This document shows positions 55,480 to 64,000 of a stretch of 64,000 nt of DNA, in pieces. The DNA lies in IMG/VR virus record IMGVR_UViG_3300020577_002562, positions 1 to 64,000 of that record, one strand, 5' to 3'. The DNA comes from a virus. Its lineage: Duplodnaviria > Caudoviricetes. A program made the position numbers and the translations under genes. The stretch's first letter is position 1. The number at the start of each line of letters is the position of its first letter. The notes beneath the pieces are model-generated. The model did no database searches. It was not told where the DNA came from and worked only from the letters and a program-made list of their open reading frames with translations.

Positions 55480-55947
55480 ATGCGCAAACTCCTTCAATTG
55501 GGAACTGCCACTGCATACGAGCCAGATAGTGAGCCTACTGGCGGCATCACGCAAAAACGAGTAGGTCAACCGGAGTGGTTGAGCAAGCACATCTACGTAG
55601 TCGATGAGATATGGTGCATGCCTGGTTGTCCTGACACGGCGATGCGCGTGTGCTACAACAAGTCCGACCAGTACGTAGGCGATGAAGACACAGGTCGCTA
55701 TCTGGCTCAACGAGGCATCGCCCCTGAACCGGCTGATCCGCAACACAGTGTCTGTTCCATTGGCTACTGCGAAAAGGACGGCAAGTGGTATGGATGGTCG
55801 CACCGTGCCATGTTCGGTTTCAAAGTCGGTGACCCACCATCTAGGCCCGGTGACTGTATCAGGCACGGACGAATTGTTGACGACACCTACGCAAAGCAAT
55901 GTGCTCGCCGATTCGCCCGATCAGTGAGTACAGTAATTTCACTCTGA
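55480..55947 (+). CDS. Conserved-looking phage hypothetical protein
   Basis: CSIGY.EKDGKWYGWSHRAMFGF.VG. Confidence 0.75.
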   Translation: MRKLLQLGTATAYEPDSEPTGGITQKRVGQPEWLSKHIYVVDEIWCMPGCPDTAMRVCYNKSDQYVGDEDTGRYLAQRGIAPEPADPQHSVCSIGYCEKDGKWYGWSHRAMFGFKVGDPPSRPGDCIRHGRIVDDTYAKQCARRFARSVSTVISL

Positions 55948-56020
55948 TTGGTGTGCGTACACCGGATCCTCAATTTACTGTTGCCGCTTACTGGTATAGG
56001 AAAGCACGGAGTATTCCATC

Positions 56021-56548
56021 ATGGCAAAGACCTACACGATCCAGAATCTGGGTCAATCGATTGTTGCTCTCCCGGAGGGCGTGTTCTATCCGAACGTTCC
56101 TGGCCGTTCGGTTACCGTTGACTACGATCTGAGCGCCAAGGCTATTGCGGCCATGTCGAACGGCACAGTCAGCATTTCGCCAAAGCCGTCCACGGTGGCA
56201 GGCCCAGCACCTGATGCTGATGTGACCAACTCGGTAACCGTGTCGAGCAACACGGTAACGCCGAACTTGGATCTCGGTATGTACGTGACACCGGCTACAG
56301 CTATCGCAGCAAACCTGACGATTGCCAACCCGACGAACTCGTCGCAATCCAAGTACGCGGGCTTGAAGATGAACATTGCACTGCTTAAGGATGCGACTGG
56401 TGGCACGTACACCATCACGTATGGTTCGCAGTACAAAGGGACGACCCTTGGCTCGTTCGCTGCCACGGTCAGCGTCAAGTACCTGATCGAATTCACTTGT
56501 GACGGTACCAACTGGGTGCAGACCGGAATCTCGGCCGCGTACACATGA
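56021..56548 (+). CDS. Probable virion structural/decoration protein
   Basis: T/S/A/G-rich; LTIANPTN, DATGG.YTIT.G, F.CDGTNW; GGAG SD. Confidence 0.65.
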   Translation: MAKTYTIQNLGQSIVALPEGVFYPNVPGRSVTVDYDLSAKAIAAMSNGTVSISPKPSTVAGPAPDADVTNSVTVSSNTVTPNLDLGMYVTPATAIAANLTIANPTNSSQSKYAGLKMNIALLKDATGGTYTITYGSQYKGTTLGSFAATVSVKYLIEFTCDGTNWVQTGISAAYT

Positions 56549-56598
56549 TCTGACGTGCTGCTCTGATGGTCCTCACGAGGGGTCTAGTTCAGACGAAA

Positions 56599-56635
56599 AG
56601 AAGGGGCGGTGGAGAATTTCTCCACCGCCCCTTCT
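56599..56635. terminator. Bidirectional terminator-like inverted repeat between convergent blocks
   Basis: 18-bp arms AGAAGGGGCGGTGGAGAA-T-TTCTCCACCGCCCCTTCT. Confidence 0.8.
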
Positions 56636-56674
56636 GCTTTGGTTCTCACGTTTTGCGCCGCCACCCCACCGTGC

Positions 56675-56935
56675 TCACTTCGGTTCGATCTTGATGCTGC
56701 CGTCAGTCTGCTCTACCAGTTTCACGGTAGCGGACCCACAACTTTCAGTTGCTATTTCATAGCCAGTGCTCGGTACTCGAAATTGCCCAGCACTTACGAA
56801 CGCTTCCCATTTTCGTGCCGCTGCCACCAGTTCACGGTAGACTTCCGCCGTCAGAGTGACGGGCCACGGGCATCCACATTCTGTCTGCGCATTGTACGTC
56901 AATGCAGCTTGTGTTTGTGGGCTGAACATTGTCAC
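56675..56935 (-). CDS. Hypothetical protein
   Basis: GTGA overlap. Confidence 0.55.
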   Translation of the reverse strand: MTMFSPQTQAALTYNAQTECGCPWPVTLTAEVYRELVAAARKWEAFVSAGQFRVPSTGYEIATESCGSATVKLVEQTDGSIKIEPK

Positions 56936-57885
56936 TCCATGTAGTAGCTGTACATCAGCTTGTGCAAAGTCTCCACATCCACCCGCGCACCAGCAGCGTT
57001 GTGGTGGCCCCCACCATCAAACAACTCGGCTAGCTTCACGCAATTGACACCGCCAGTGCCGGGAATGCCTCGAAAACTTAGTCGGACTCGCTCTTGCTCG
57101 AAATTGAATCCAAGAAAGAACTGGTACTCTGGGTGAGCTTGCAAGTATAGAGCCGCAGCATGCCCTAGGAGTGCTACCGGCATGTTGCACATGAAGCCCT
57201 TGTTCGATCCGATGCTGATCGGTATGCCATGCGCCCAGTGATTTTCCATCATGTCCAGACGGTACTCGTGAATCACTCGCCACCTGGTCAACGCATTACG
57301 AACACACTCATCACCATGAGGCCCCAGAAATTGCTTGCGCAGAAACTGGATGCGCTCAACGTCAGACTGCCCTCGCGTTTCGGCGTAGAAGCCAGCCTGG
57401 AATGCCGTCACATCTTCATGGAACGGATCGCGCCACGTATCGTAACGGCCCACAAGCTCGACGGCAAATGGCACTGGCTTGTAGCCTAAGACTGAACATA
57501 CGTGATCCCACGCTAATTCGGCGCTGCACTTTCCAGTATTGTGGCTGACCACGACTAGAGATACTATACTCTCAGGGGTCTGATTACTATCAGCCAGTTT
57601 CTCCAGCATTTCTTTAGTGCTTTGATGGTGATCGATCAACATCACGGCACCATTTGTCTCTTCACAGATCCTTAGAAGATCGCCCTCTCGGATGGACCAA
57701 TCCACCAGATAGACATGATCGGCCTTCTGGATCAGCGGTATCAAGCTTTCGACTGACCATTTGGTTCTGTCATAGTTGAAGTTGGCAAATGTGGTGTTTG
57801 GAGACAGCAACGACAGGACAGCAGCCCCCATCCACCCGTCCAAGTCGTTGTCATGTATCACCAGGTGATTATAGTGTTCCATCAT
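56932..57885 (-). CDS. DHH/DHHA1 phosphoesterase
   Basis: HDNDLDG, LVDWS, IDHH, YDTW, GGGHHNAAG. Confidence 0.9.
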   Translation of the reverse strand: MMEHYNHLVIHDNDLDGWMGAAVLSLLSPNTTFANFNYDRTKWSVESLIPLIQKADHVYLVDWSIREGDLLRICEETNGAVMLIDHHQSTKEMLEKLADSNQTPESIVSLVVVSHNTGKCSAELAWDHVCSVLGYKPVPFAVELVGRYDTWRDPFHEDVTAFQAGFYAETRGQSDVERIQFLRKQFLGPHGDECVRNALTRWRVIHEYRLDMMENHWAHGIPISIGSNKGFMCNMPVALLGHAAALYLQAHPEYQFFLGFNFEQERVRLSFRGIPGTGGVNCVKLAELFDGGGHHNAAGARVDVETLHKLMYSYYME

Positions 57886-58069
57886 TAGCCTCTTGATTTG
57901 GCTTACTCGTATCTATTGTCAACCTCATGAGTAGGTCCGGATTACGTTGTAAGCCAGCAAGCACAGCAGCTACTTCATCGGACAAGTCCTCCTCACCTAC
58001 TTGAAATAGACTGTCAACTGCGTTGATAAGAATTGACTCTATGGACCTAGTCAATAACCCGGCACTCAT

Positions 58070-58723
58070 CTACAGTTCCCAGTCAAGTGTTACGAGCACC
58101 CGCTCGAAAAGCTCGTCTTGCGTTTCCGGCATCACCGGCAGCGTGACTATGGTGAGTGGTGTACGGACTACGTTCAACGTCTGCTGTCTAGCCCAACGGA
58201 AAGCATCCTTCAAGTTCAGATGGCGCTCCGCCACCTTCTCTTCCATGACATCACGCGACTCACGCGACTTGGCACGTTGTAGAACCACCTCTTCGGAGGG
58301 CTCCAACAGAATGATGGCATCGGGTATGATGGATTTCCTGACACCGCGAATGACCATCGAGATAATGTGAGATTGTGGCCCAGACCGACCGTACATCTGG
58401 TAGGCCAATGTGGACATGAAGAAACGGTCGCATACAACGTTGTACCCAGACTCAATGGTCGGACGGATCAGTCCATCTACGTGATCTTGCCGTGCTGCCA
58501 TAAACGCCAATAGTTCGGCGTCAGGTGAACTACGCACAGTCAGCAGTGCCTTGCGGATGTCTTCGGCGAACCTCGTGCCACCAGGCTCTCGCGTGAATAC
58601 TGTTTTGCGTAGTGGGTGCTCTTCAGGTAGCTTCAGCACCCAATCACGAAGTTGATTGATCAAGTACGTCTTGCCGCACAGATCGGGCCCCTCGAGCACG
58701 ATGAATTTCCCATTTGCACTCAT
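58070..58723 (-). CDS. tmk: Thymidylate kinase
   Basis: FIVLEGPDLCGKT, TREPGGT, F.AAR.DH, CDRF..ST.AYQ. Confidence 0.93.
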   Translation of the reverse strand: MSANGKFIVLEGPDLCGKTYLINQLRDWVLKLPEEHPLRKTVFTREPGGTRFAEDIRKALLTVRSSPDAELLAFMAARQDHVDGLIRPTIESGYNVVCDRFFMSTLAYQMYGRSGPQSHIISMVIRGVRKSIIPDAIILLEPSEEVVLQRAKSRESRDVMEEKVAERHLNLKDAFRWARQQTLNVVRTPLTIVTLPVMPETQDELFERVLVTLDWEL

Positions 58724-59376
58724 TCCAACCTCCAACCTTTCAAGTTAGCCAAACTCACGGCTGCTGTTTTCATCACCGTGTATGTGGTGACGCGATCCGG
58801 CCTGTGCTCCCAATGCGTCAACGCTTTAGACAGTGGCCTCCAGAGACACCCAGCTCCTATGTAGGCTACGTTATCCACGCAAGCTAGAACTTTCCTGTAG
58901 CCATCGTAGAAACCTAGATCCAGCGGTTCCTTGCAACCGTTCCCTAGCGTGCAACCGTTCCCTAGCGTGCAACCGTTCCCTAGCGTGCAACCGTTCCCTA
59001 GCGCGCAACCGGCCCCTAGCGTGCAATCAGCCCCTAGCGTGCAATCATCCCCTAGCGCGCAACCGTTCCATAGCGTGCAACCGTTCCCTAGCGTGCAACC
59101 GTTCCCTAGCGCGCAACGGTTCTCTAGCGTGCAACCGGCCCCTAGCGTGCAATAGTTCTCTAGCGTGCAACCGGCCCCTAGCGTGCAACCGGCCCCTAGC
59201 GTGCAATAGTTCTCTAGCGCGCAACGGTTCTCTAGCGTGCAACCGCTCCCTAGCTTGCAGCCGGAACCGACTATCAGCTTACTTCCAGCTCTTACCCATG
59301 GGAGACCAGAAGGGGCAATACGCCACCCATGTACATCAGTATCCCATGACTTAACAACTTCTGACAAATCGATCAT
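58720..59376 (-). CDS. Hexapeptide-repeat (left-handed beta-helix) protein
   Basis: (LGNGCT)-type repeats; C-terminal YIGAGC.WR.L..A..HW. Confidence 0.8.
   Translation of the reverse strand: MIDLSEVVKSWDTDVHGWRIAPSGLPWVRAGSKLIVGSGCKLGSGCTLENRCALENYCTLGAGCTLGAGCTLENYCTLGAGCTLENRCALGNGCTLGNGCTLWNGCALGDDCTLGADCTLGAGCALGNGCTLGNGCTLGNGCTLGNGCKEPLDLGFYDGYRKVLACVDNVAYIGAGCLWRPLSKALTHWEHRPDRVTTYTVMKTAAVSLANLKGWRLE
58933..59256. repeat. 18-bp coding tandem repeat, 18 units
   Basis: Consensus GCAACCGTTCCCTAGCGT. Confidence 0.95.
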
Positions 59377-59387
59377 GCTTAAGTCCT

Positions 59388-59822
59388 CTATAGCAGTCTG
59401 ACGATGTTCTTCAGCATCAAAGCCAGTTCGACAGTCCCATCGGCCGGCTTAGTGGCTCCTGACTCCAGCCGCTCTATCAACTCCTCGATTTTGGCGGGCA
59501 GCATTTCCAAGTGGCTAGCTCCAATCTCTACTTTACCGAGTCGCTTCCTGGATTTCTCGTCCAGCGTGAAGCTTCCAGTAACCACGATGTAGTGACCTAT
59601 CTTCTTGAACTTGAGCCGGCCGCTCTTGACCAACTCGCGTGCAGGAGAACGGGACACCACCATCCAGTCGGAATTCGGATCTTGAATCCGCCACTTGAAG
59701 TCTTCATCATTGCGGGAGAAGGTCCGTTTGAACCACTCCTTCTTCACCTTCACGGATAGACCGCTCGCCAGCTTTGAATCTATGTTGATCTTGCGGCAAA
59801 GCCGATCAATAACTTCGGCCAT
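59388..59822 (-). CDS. Hypothetical protein
   Basis: 144-aa ORF. Confidence 0.65.
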   Translation of the reverse strand: MAEVIDRLCRKINIDSKLASGLSVKVKKEWFKRTFSRNDEDFKWRIQDPNSDWMVVSRSPARELVKSGRLKFKKIGHYIVVTGSFTLDEKSRKRLGKVEIGASHLEMLPAKIEELIERLESGATKPADGTVELALMLKNIVRLL

Positions 59823-59910
59823 TACTTACGCTCGAAGTAGGTGAAACCTAGAATGTGGAGCGTGGTCTTCGCATTTACCTTGATTTTCATGTTCAACTCC
59901 GCTCAGTTGA

Positions 59911-60372
59911 CTAACGCTTGTGCCCCAGAAGGATGTCTACAATTCCAAGTATCTTGCTGCCTAGTTTTTCAATCTCGAAGGCATCGTCATCATCCATATT
60001 GCGGAGGACTGGGTCCAAAGTATTGAGCAGCAGTTGCTGCTGGTAAGGTGATAGATTATTGCTCCCCTCTTCGTAAAGCTTCTCTCTAGCGGCCTCTAGA
60101 TTCTGCTCGTACTTCAATCTCACCGAATATAGGCGTGCCGCTAACTCGACAAAGCTCCTCAAGTCTGGCGTTATTTCGACCCCAGCACCACGAAGCCGGG
60201 CGTAGACTCCTTCATGTAGCTCGCTGCCCGTATCAATATCAAGATGATCCGGTCGGATCAGCTTCATGATGCTGACCATTGTGTGTTCTGTGAACGGCCC
60301 GCATCCAAGAGCCATTTTCTTGGCGGTCTTGGGCTCGGTGTGTCTTGTCGTCTTCACTTGCTTTTGATCCAT
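59911..60372 (-). CDS. Hypothetical protein
   Basis: 153-aa ORF. Confidence 0.65.
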   Translation of the reverse strand: MDQKQVKTTRHTEPKTAKKMALGCGPFTEHTMVSIMKLIRPDHLDIDTGSELHEGVYARLRGAGVEITPDLRSFVELAARLYSVRLKYEQNLEAAREKLYEEGSNNLSPYQQQLLLNTLDPVLRNMDDDDAFEIEKLGSKILGIVDILLGHKR

Positions 60373-60623
60373 GCTTGCCTCGCTTGTTTGGCTAGTTTCA
60401 ATGCTGGTTCGCGCCGCAGTTTATCCTTGGCTTGATGGAGTAGCCACCACCCATCGAATGCTTGGCGCGGCAGACCAACTTCCGCCCAGTCCACCCGGTC
60501 CAGCACTGCTGGCAGCTTGGCACCCAACTGCGTGACAATGCCGCACAGCAATGCTTCGATTTGGTCCTTACTCAAGTCGAATGGACGCTCTGACCAGTTA
60601 CTTGGTAGCTTTGCTCTTGGCAT
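60354..60623 (-). CDS. Hypothetical protein
   Basis: Overlapping run. Confidence 0.6.
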   Translation of the reverse strand: MPRAKLPSNWSERPFDLSKDQIEALLCGIVTQLGAKLPAVLDRVDWAEVGLPRQAFDGWWLLHQAKDKLRREPALKLAKQARQAWIKSK

Positions 60624-61011
60624 GCTTTGCCTTCTTGAGTGATTTTGCCTTCAGCAGCAAACGCATCAACTCTTTCTGCGCCCGAGAGTCGGACAACAGC
60701 TTGAGTTCCTTTGCGTCTAGAGCTTCCACTCCCTGGTTTACCACTTTGGCAGCCACTTCGCGGTATGGGGCGGCTTCGATGCGGCGTCGCTTCCTCTCTT
60801 TCACTTCTTGCGCGTAGGCGGTACGTGCAGAGACTAGTCGTTTGTCGATTCGAGCGTTCAACCAAAGGGGTGCACGCTCCTTGACAGCATCGAGCCCGCC
60901 GTTCTTGACCAGTACGGCTAGTAGTCCACCTAAGGTGATCTTTAACGACTTGATTTGATCCATGTGTCGCATCTCTGTGGCACTCGGATAACCATCACTT
61001 GAACATGGCAT
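60598..61011 (-). CDS. Hypothetical protein
   Basis: MPC..G start; AGGAG SD. Confidence 0.7.
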   Translation of the reverse strand: MPCSSDGYPSATEMRHMDQIKSLKITLGGLLAVLVKNGGLDAVKERAPLWLNARIDKRLVSARTAYAQEVKERKRRRIEAAPYREVAAKVVNQGVEALDAKELKLLSDSRAQKELMRLLLKAKSLKKAKHAKSKATK

Positions 61012-61087
61012 GGTGTTCTCCTATTTTCTACGCGAGTCGCGTCAACAACTCGACCTCAGCTTGCAAAGCGTCAGTCATTTGGTCTTA

Positions 61088-61396
61088 TCAGTTGAACGTG
61101 GCAGCCCACGCTTCGGCCACAGACTTGCCGCGACCCGTCAGTTGCTTGGACTTCGGACCCCAGCTCAGAGTGGTCTTGCATACGACCTTGTCGCCACGGA
61201 TCAGGAAGATGCTGTGGAAAGAACGGTCCTTGGTGGTGACTTCCAGCGGCTGCTCCTTGGACTCGCCACGGCGGAATTGCAGAGCGACAACGTGACGGCC
61301 GATTTGTGCATGGCGCAGAACTCGGCCCCAGTGGTTGGCAGCGATGGCCTGATGAATGGAACGAACTTCGGAATTGATGGATTGGGTCTTGCTCAT
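61088..61396 (-). CDS. Hypothetical protein
   Basis: GAGG SD. Confidence 0.65.
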   Translation of the reverse strand: MSKTQSINSEVRSIHQAIAANHWGRVLRHAQIGRHVVALQFRRGESKEQPLEVTTKDRSFHSIFLIRGDKVVCKTTLSWGPKSKQLTGRGKSVAEAWAATFN

Positions 61397-61432
61397 GGTG
61401 CTTCTACCTCTATGGGTTGGATGAGATCGGCT

Positions 61433-61822
61433 TTAACGTCGCATCTTTGCGACTTCTTCAGCCTCAGTTGGTGAAAAGATCGGTACCAGATTGCTCTTGT
61501 GCATCACAGCGACTCCGAGTACCTTGGTGCCCGTGTAGACCGGACTCTTTGGTGGTGCGGTCGATCCCGCATCCATCCGTTGTGGTAACGCAGTAACAGT
61601 ATCTGAGACAGTCGAGTCTTCTACGCCGAGGTCGGCTAGAGACAGGGCTGATGGAATGGTGGTTGGTTCTGTGGGTCGTGTCGAACTAAAGCGCCAACTG
61701 TCCCACTTCTTGTTCAGTTTGGCCCAGTTGGCTTGAGCTTCGCGTATTCTTTCGTCCCGGTTCTTCTTTGAGGTCATCTTCGCTCCATTCGTCATCGTCA
61801 TCGTCCACATCTCACAAGTCAT
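61433..61822 (-). CDS. Conserved myovirus hypothetical protein
   Basis: YTGTKVLGVAVMHKSNLVPIF....A.EVAKMRR. Confidence 0.75.
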   Translation of the reverse strand: MTCEMWTMTMTNGAKMTSKKNRDERIREAQANWAKLNKKWDSWRFSSTRPTEPTTIPSALSLADLGVEDSTVSDTVTALPQRMDAGSTAPPKSPVYTGTKVLGVAVMHKSNLVPIFSPTEAEEVAKMRR

Positions 61823-62015
61823 TACCTCTATCAGACTGCTTTTGCAAGATACGGTGTGCTATCCTCTTCAGAGGACTCCGACAGTAAGAGCACGACAAGG
61901 CGTCTGATTGGTGAGGAGCTCCACATGAGGCGCAATGAGTTGGCGCTTGCTCAAGTTTTTCTTGAGCGGTTTGCGATTTCACGGTTACCCGCAGATATGA
62001 AAGCTGAATTCCCAT
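61812..62015 (-). CDS. Zn-ribbon protein
   Basis: CASCGAP...CSYC. Confidence 0.6.
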   Translation of the reverse strand: MGIQLSYLRVTVKSQTAQEKLEQAPTHCASCGAPHQSDALSCSYCRSPLKRIAHRILQKQSDRGNDL

Positions 62016-62022
62016 CGCTGTT

Positions 62023-62337
62023 CTACCGTTGCCAGCGCACGAGGACTTCCTCTCGGCTGTGTGGTGGATTGCGGTGGATTACCGACAAGGTCCCGTGACT
62101 AGGGATCGCCCACGTAGTCTGGCGGAAATGTAGACTTTGACCGCCCCACTTCGGTTCGCGGCCAACCCACTTGCGGAGTTTTTCTCTCACCTCATCCACT
62201 TTCGGGCGCAAAACACGAATTTCCAGGATGAAGGGGTTCATCTTGACGGCAGGGAATTCATTGCTGACTTCAATGCCCAGTCTCTTGAGTGCTTTGATGG
62301 CAACCTCGACATCGGGCAGGTCATATGAGGTACTCAT
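62023..62337 (-). CDS. Hypothetical early protein
   Basis: First ORF after the sigma70 promoter. Confidence 0.65.
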   Translation of the reverse strand: MSTSYDLPDVEVAIKALKRLGIEVSNEFPAVKMNPFILEIRVLRPKVDEVREKLRKWVGREPKWGGQSLHFRQTTWAIPSHGTLSVIHRNPPHSREEVLVRWQR

Positions 62338-62423
62338 GTGCTAGTCTCAGAGTTGATCGGTTGGAAAATGGTTCCAGTTTCTATGCGGATCGGGAGCTTC
62401 TCTCCGAGTCTGTCCGCAACTTC

Positions 62424-62452
62424 ATTTTACCACGTTTTCTGCGCCGCGTCAA
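62424..62452 (-). promoter_or_regulatory. sigma70-type promoter
   Basis: TTGACG-17-TAAAAT with TG extended -10. Confidence 0.8.
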
Positions 62453-62497
62453 GCGCAAATTGACGCTAGCTGACAAATGTAACAGCGCAGGAAATCG

Positions 62498-62860
62498 TTA
62501 GCTAGCGCCAGCTCCAGCGGCCCCTGTGTCCTTGACATCTTGTACCGGAAGCGGCCATGTGCCATCGCTCTTCAGAAATGTTGAGATGTCATCGACGCGC
62601 AGAGTCTCTGAAGTCGGAACGAATACCTCGGCACCGACCAGTTCGTATAGATACACGATAGGAGTGCGGCTGTTCGCCACTTGCTTCTTCAGTGTCCGCA
62701 CAGCCTCTTCTCGTGAGGTGGCAGGGAATCGTTCCAGCCCACCACCGCCGGCACGTAACACGGCGAACATGGTTGGCGGCGTCTTGTTGATCGACTGAGA
62801 AGCAGGCGCTGCTGTCGGTACTTCTGCATCTAGCACAGGTGGTTGTGTATCCATGCTCAT
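62498..62860 (-). CDS. Hypothetical protein
   Basis: ATGA overlap. Confidence 0.65.
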   Translation of the reverse strand: MSMDTQPPVLDAEVPTAAPASQSINKTPPTMFAVLRAGGGGLERFPATSREEAVRTLKKQVANSRTPIVYLYELVGAEVFVPTSETLRVDDISTFLKSDGTWPLPVQDVKDTGAAGAGAS

Positions 62861-63561
62861 TTCAGGTGACTCGCTTTCAGGGAGTTGACTGCTTCCATTA
62901 CGCCGGTGATTCCGTTGACCCTAAAGAACTTGAGCGCAGACCGCTTCATCTGGTCAATGATGGGTGGACTCGTTCCGTGCATACATGCCACGCACAACTG
63001 ACCTTGGGCACGCTTCTCCAAGTCGGCTGTCGCTTCGTTAGCCTCCAACCAGACCAGCTTGATGTCTGGGTACTTCTTCTGAACTGCCGTTGTCAGTATC
63101 GTTCGATCCTTATGGTGGATACCGGCGATCAGAATCCGATGCCGTGGCGTGGGCTTCGCAACGGCTATTGCTTTGACTTGTTCGCGTACCTGTTGACGAC
63201 GTATCTGGTGGTTGGCCTTGGAAACGGCGCGAGTTTCTTCTTTGCTTCGCTCCATTTGATCATAAGCCGCCTTCCACTTCTTGAGCAAGACCACCGAGTT
63301 CTCGACCGTATCGAGTTCCGGGAAGCCAGGGATGCGAAGCGTGGCTCCGATCTTGTCCAAGATGGTGGCGAACCGTTCGATCTCCTTCTTGGAGCAGAAA
63401 GCACGACGCCGGTCTTTTGGCAGTACCGTCTGCATCACGTCCCAGTTCAGACTGACGAAGGATGGAGTCGATGGGGTGGTTTCGCGCCACAGCTTGATCA
63501 TACGTTCTTGAACCAGCGCGTGCTCTTCCTCATCCCACTTGATGTACTTGCGAGTTGTCAT
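62857..63561 (-). CDS. Hypothetical protein
   Basis: 234-aa ORF. Confidence 0.75.
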   Translation of the reverse strand: MTTRKYIKWDEEEHALVQERMIKLWRETTPSTPSFVSLNWDVMQTVLPKDRRRAFCSKKEIERFATILDKIGATLRIPGFPELDTVENSVVLLKKWKAAYDQMERSKEETRAVSKANHQIRRQQVREQVKAIAVAKPTPRHRILIAGIHHKDRTILTTAVQKKYPDIKLVWLEANEATADLEKRAQGQLCVACMHGTSPPIIDQMKRSALKFFRVNGITGVMEAVNSLKASHLK

Positions 63562-63566
63562 GATGG

Positions 63567-63872
63567 TTACTTGTCCTTGAAAACAGAATCAGACTTGCGC
63601 ATCAAACGCTCATGCCGCCGCGCCATTTCGTCGAAGTACCGTGAGTTCTTGTCGAAGGTATCCTCCATAGACGGCCAGAGATTGAAGCGCTGTTTCTCCT
63701 CGTTGGTCAATGGTCGGGTAGTTGTCGTTGTGGTTGTTGTCTCGGGAGCCGCTCCGGGCTCCGTCTTCTCGTAGCTCACGGCCATCTGTCCTGTAAACAA
63801 GCAACGTATTGCTCTGGCGAGAATGGTCAGGCGGCCGCGCCAAGTTGATACTTTTAGATTGAGTGTGGTCAT
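63567..63872 (-). CDS. Hypothetical protein
   Basis: Start MTTLN with GGAGA SD. Confidence 0.6.
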   Translation of the reverse strand: MTTLNLKVSTWRGRLTILARAIRCLFTGQMAVSYEKTEPGAAPETTTTTTTTRPLTNEEKQRFNLWPSMEDTFDKNSRYFDEMARRHERLMRKSDSVFKDK

Positions 63873-64000
63873 GTGGTCTCCGTGCGAAGTTTTCCTCTCG
63901 GATTGACTAGAGTCAATGCTTTCCTGGTCCGCCGCGCGTAGCGAATGGTTGCCCACGTACCGGACCGTAGCACTTCGTCTGCCGTGAATGGTGTTGCGAT

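Noticed and set aside
58933-59256. CRISPR array
   Set aside because: The units are contiguous with no spacers, and they encode an in-frame protein repeat.
62839-63774. 311-aa plus-strand ORF and similar long antisense ORFs (e.g. 525-1184, 16001-16720, 52725-53453)
   Set aside because: They overlap better-supported opposite-strand genes and show no recognisable motifs.

Overview
A 64-kb segment of a large lytic dsDNA phage. A jumbo-myovirus-like phage of a high-GC proteobacterial host is inferred from gene content, not established. The window has three blocks. (1) 1-16654 is leftward: small accessory/early genes, a large lipoprotein, an HslV-like Ntn hydrolase, a 5'-3' exonuclease and a primase. 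(2) After a ~660-bp divergent non-coding gap, 17318-56548 is rightward: Cas4-like nuclease, metallopeptidase, a DNA-modification cluster, sigma-like factor, SSB, RecA, Mre11/Rad50, DnaX clamp loader, PKD/LamG virion protein, lysis cassette, then topoisomerase IB, Acb1, NAD ligase and a candidate ADP-ribosyltransferase. (3) 56675-64000 is leftward: DHH phosphoesterase, thymidylate kinase, a hexapeptide-repeat protein and hypotheticals. The main finding is a candidate DNA hypermodification pathway at 25847-29160. It combines a C5-cytosine methyltransferase whose motif-X Asn is replaced by Arg, a CmoA-type carboxy-SAM synthase and a glutaminase-less asparagine-synthetase-like amide ligase, predicting 5-carboxymethylcytosine and an amidated derivative. 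An unannotated 40-aa Lys/Ala peptide follows it. The second finding is that nine unrelated proteins in 46258-55947 share an N-terminal M-[KR]-[RQK]-L leader, a candidate capsid-targeting signal for injected enzymes. All family calls are from motif recognition by eye; no searches were run.
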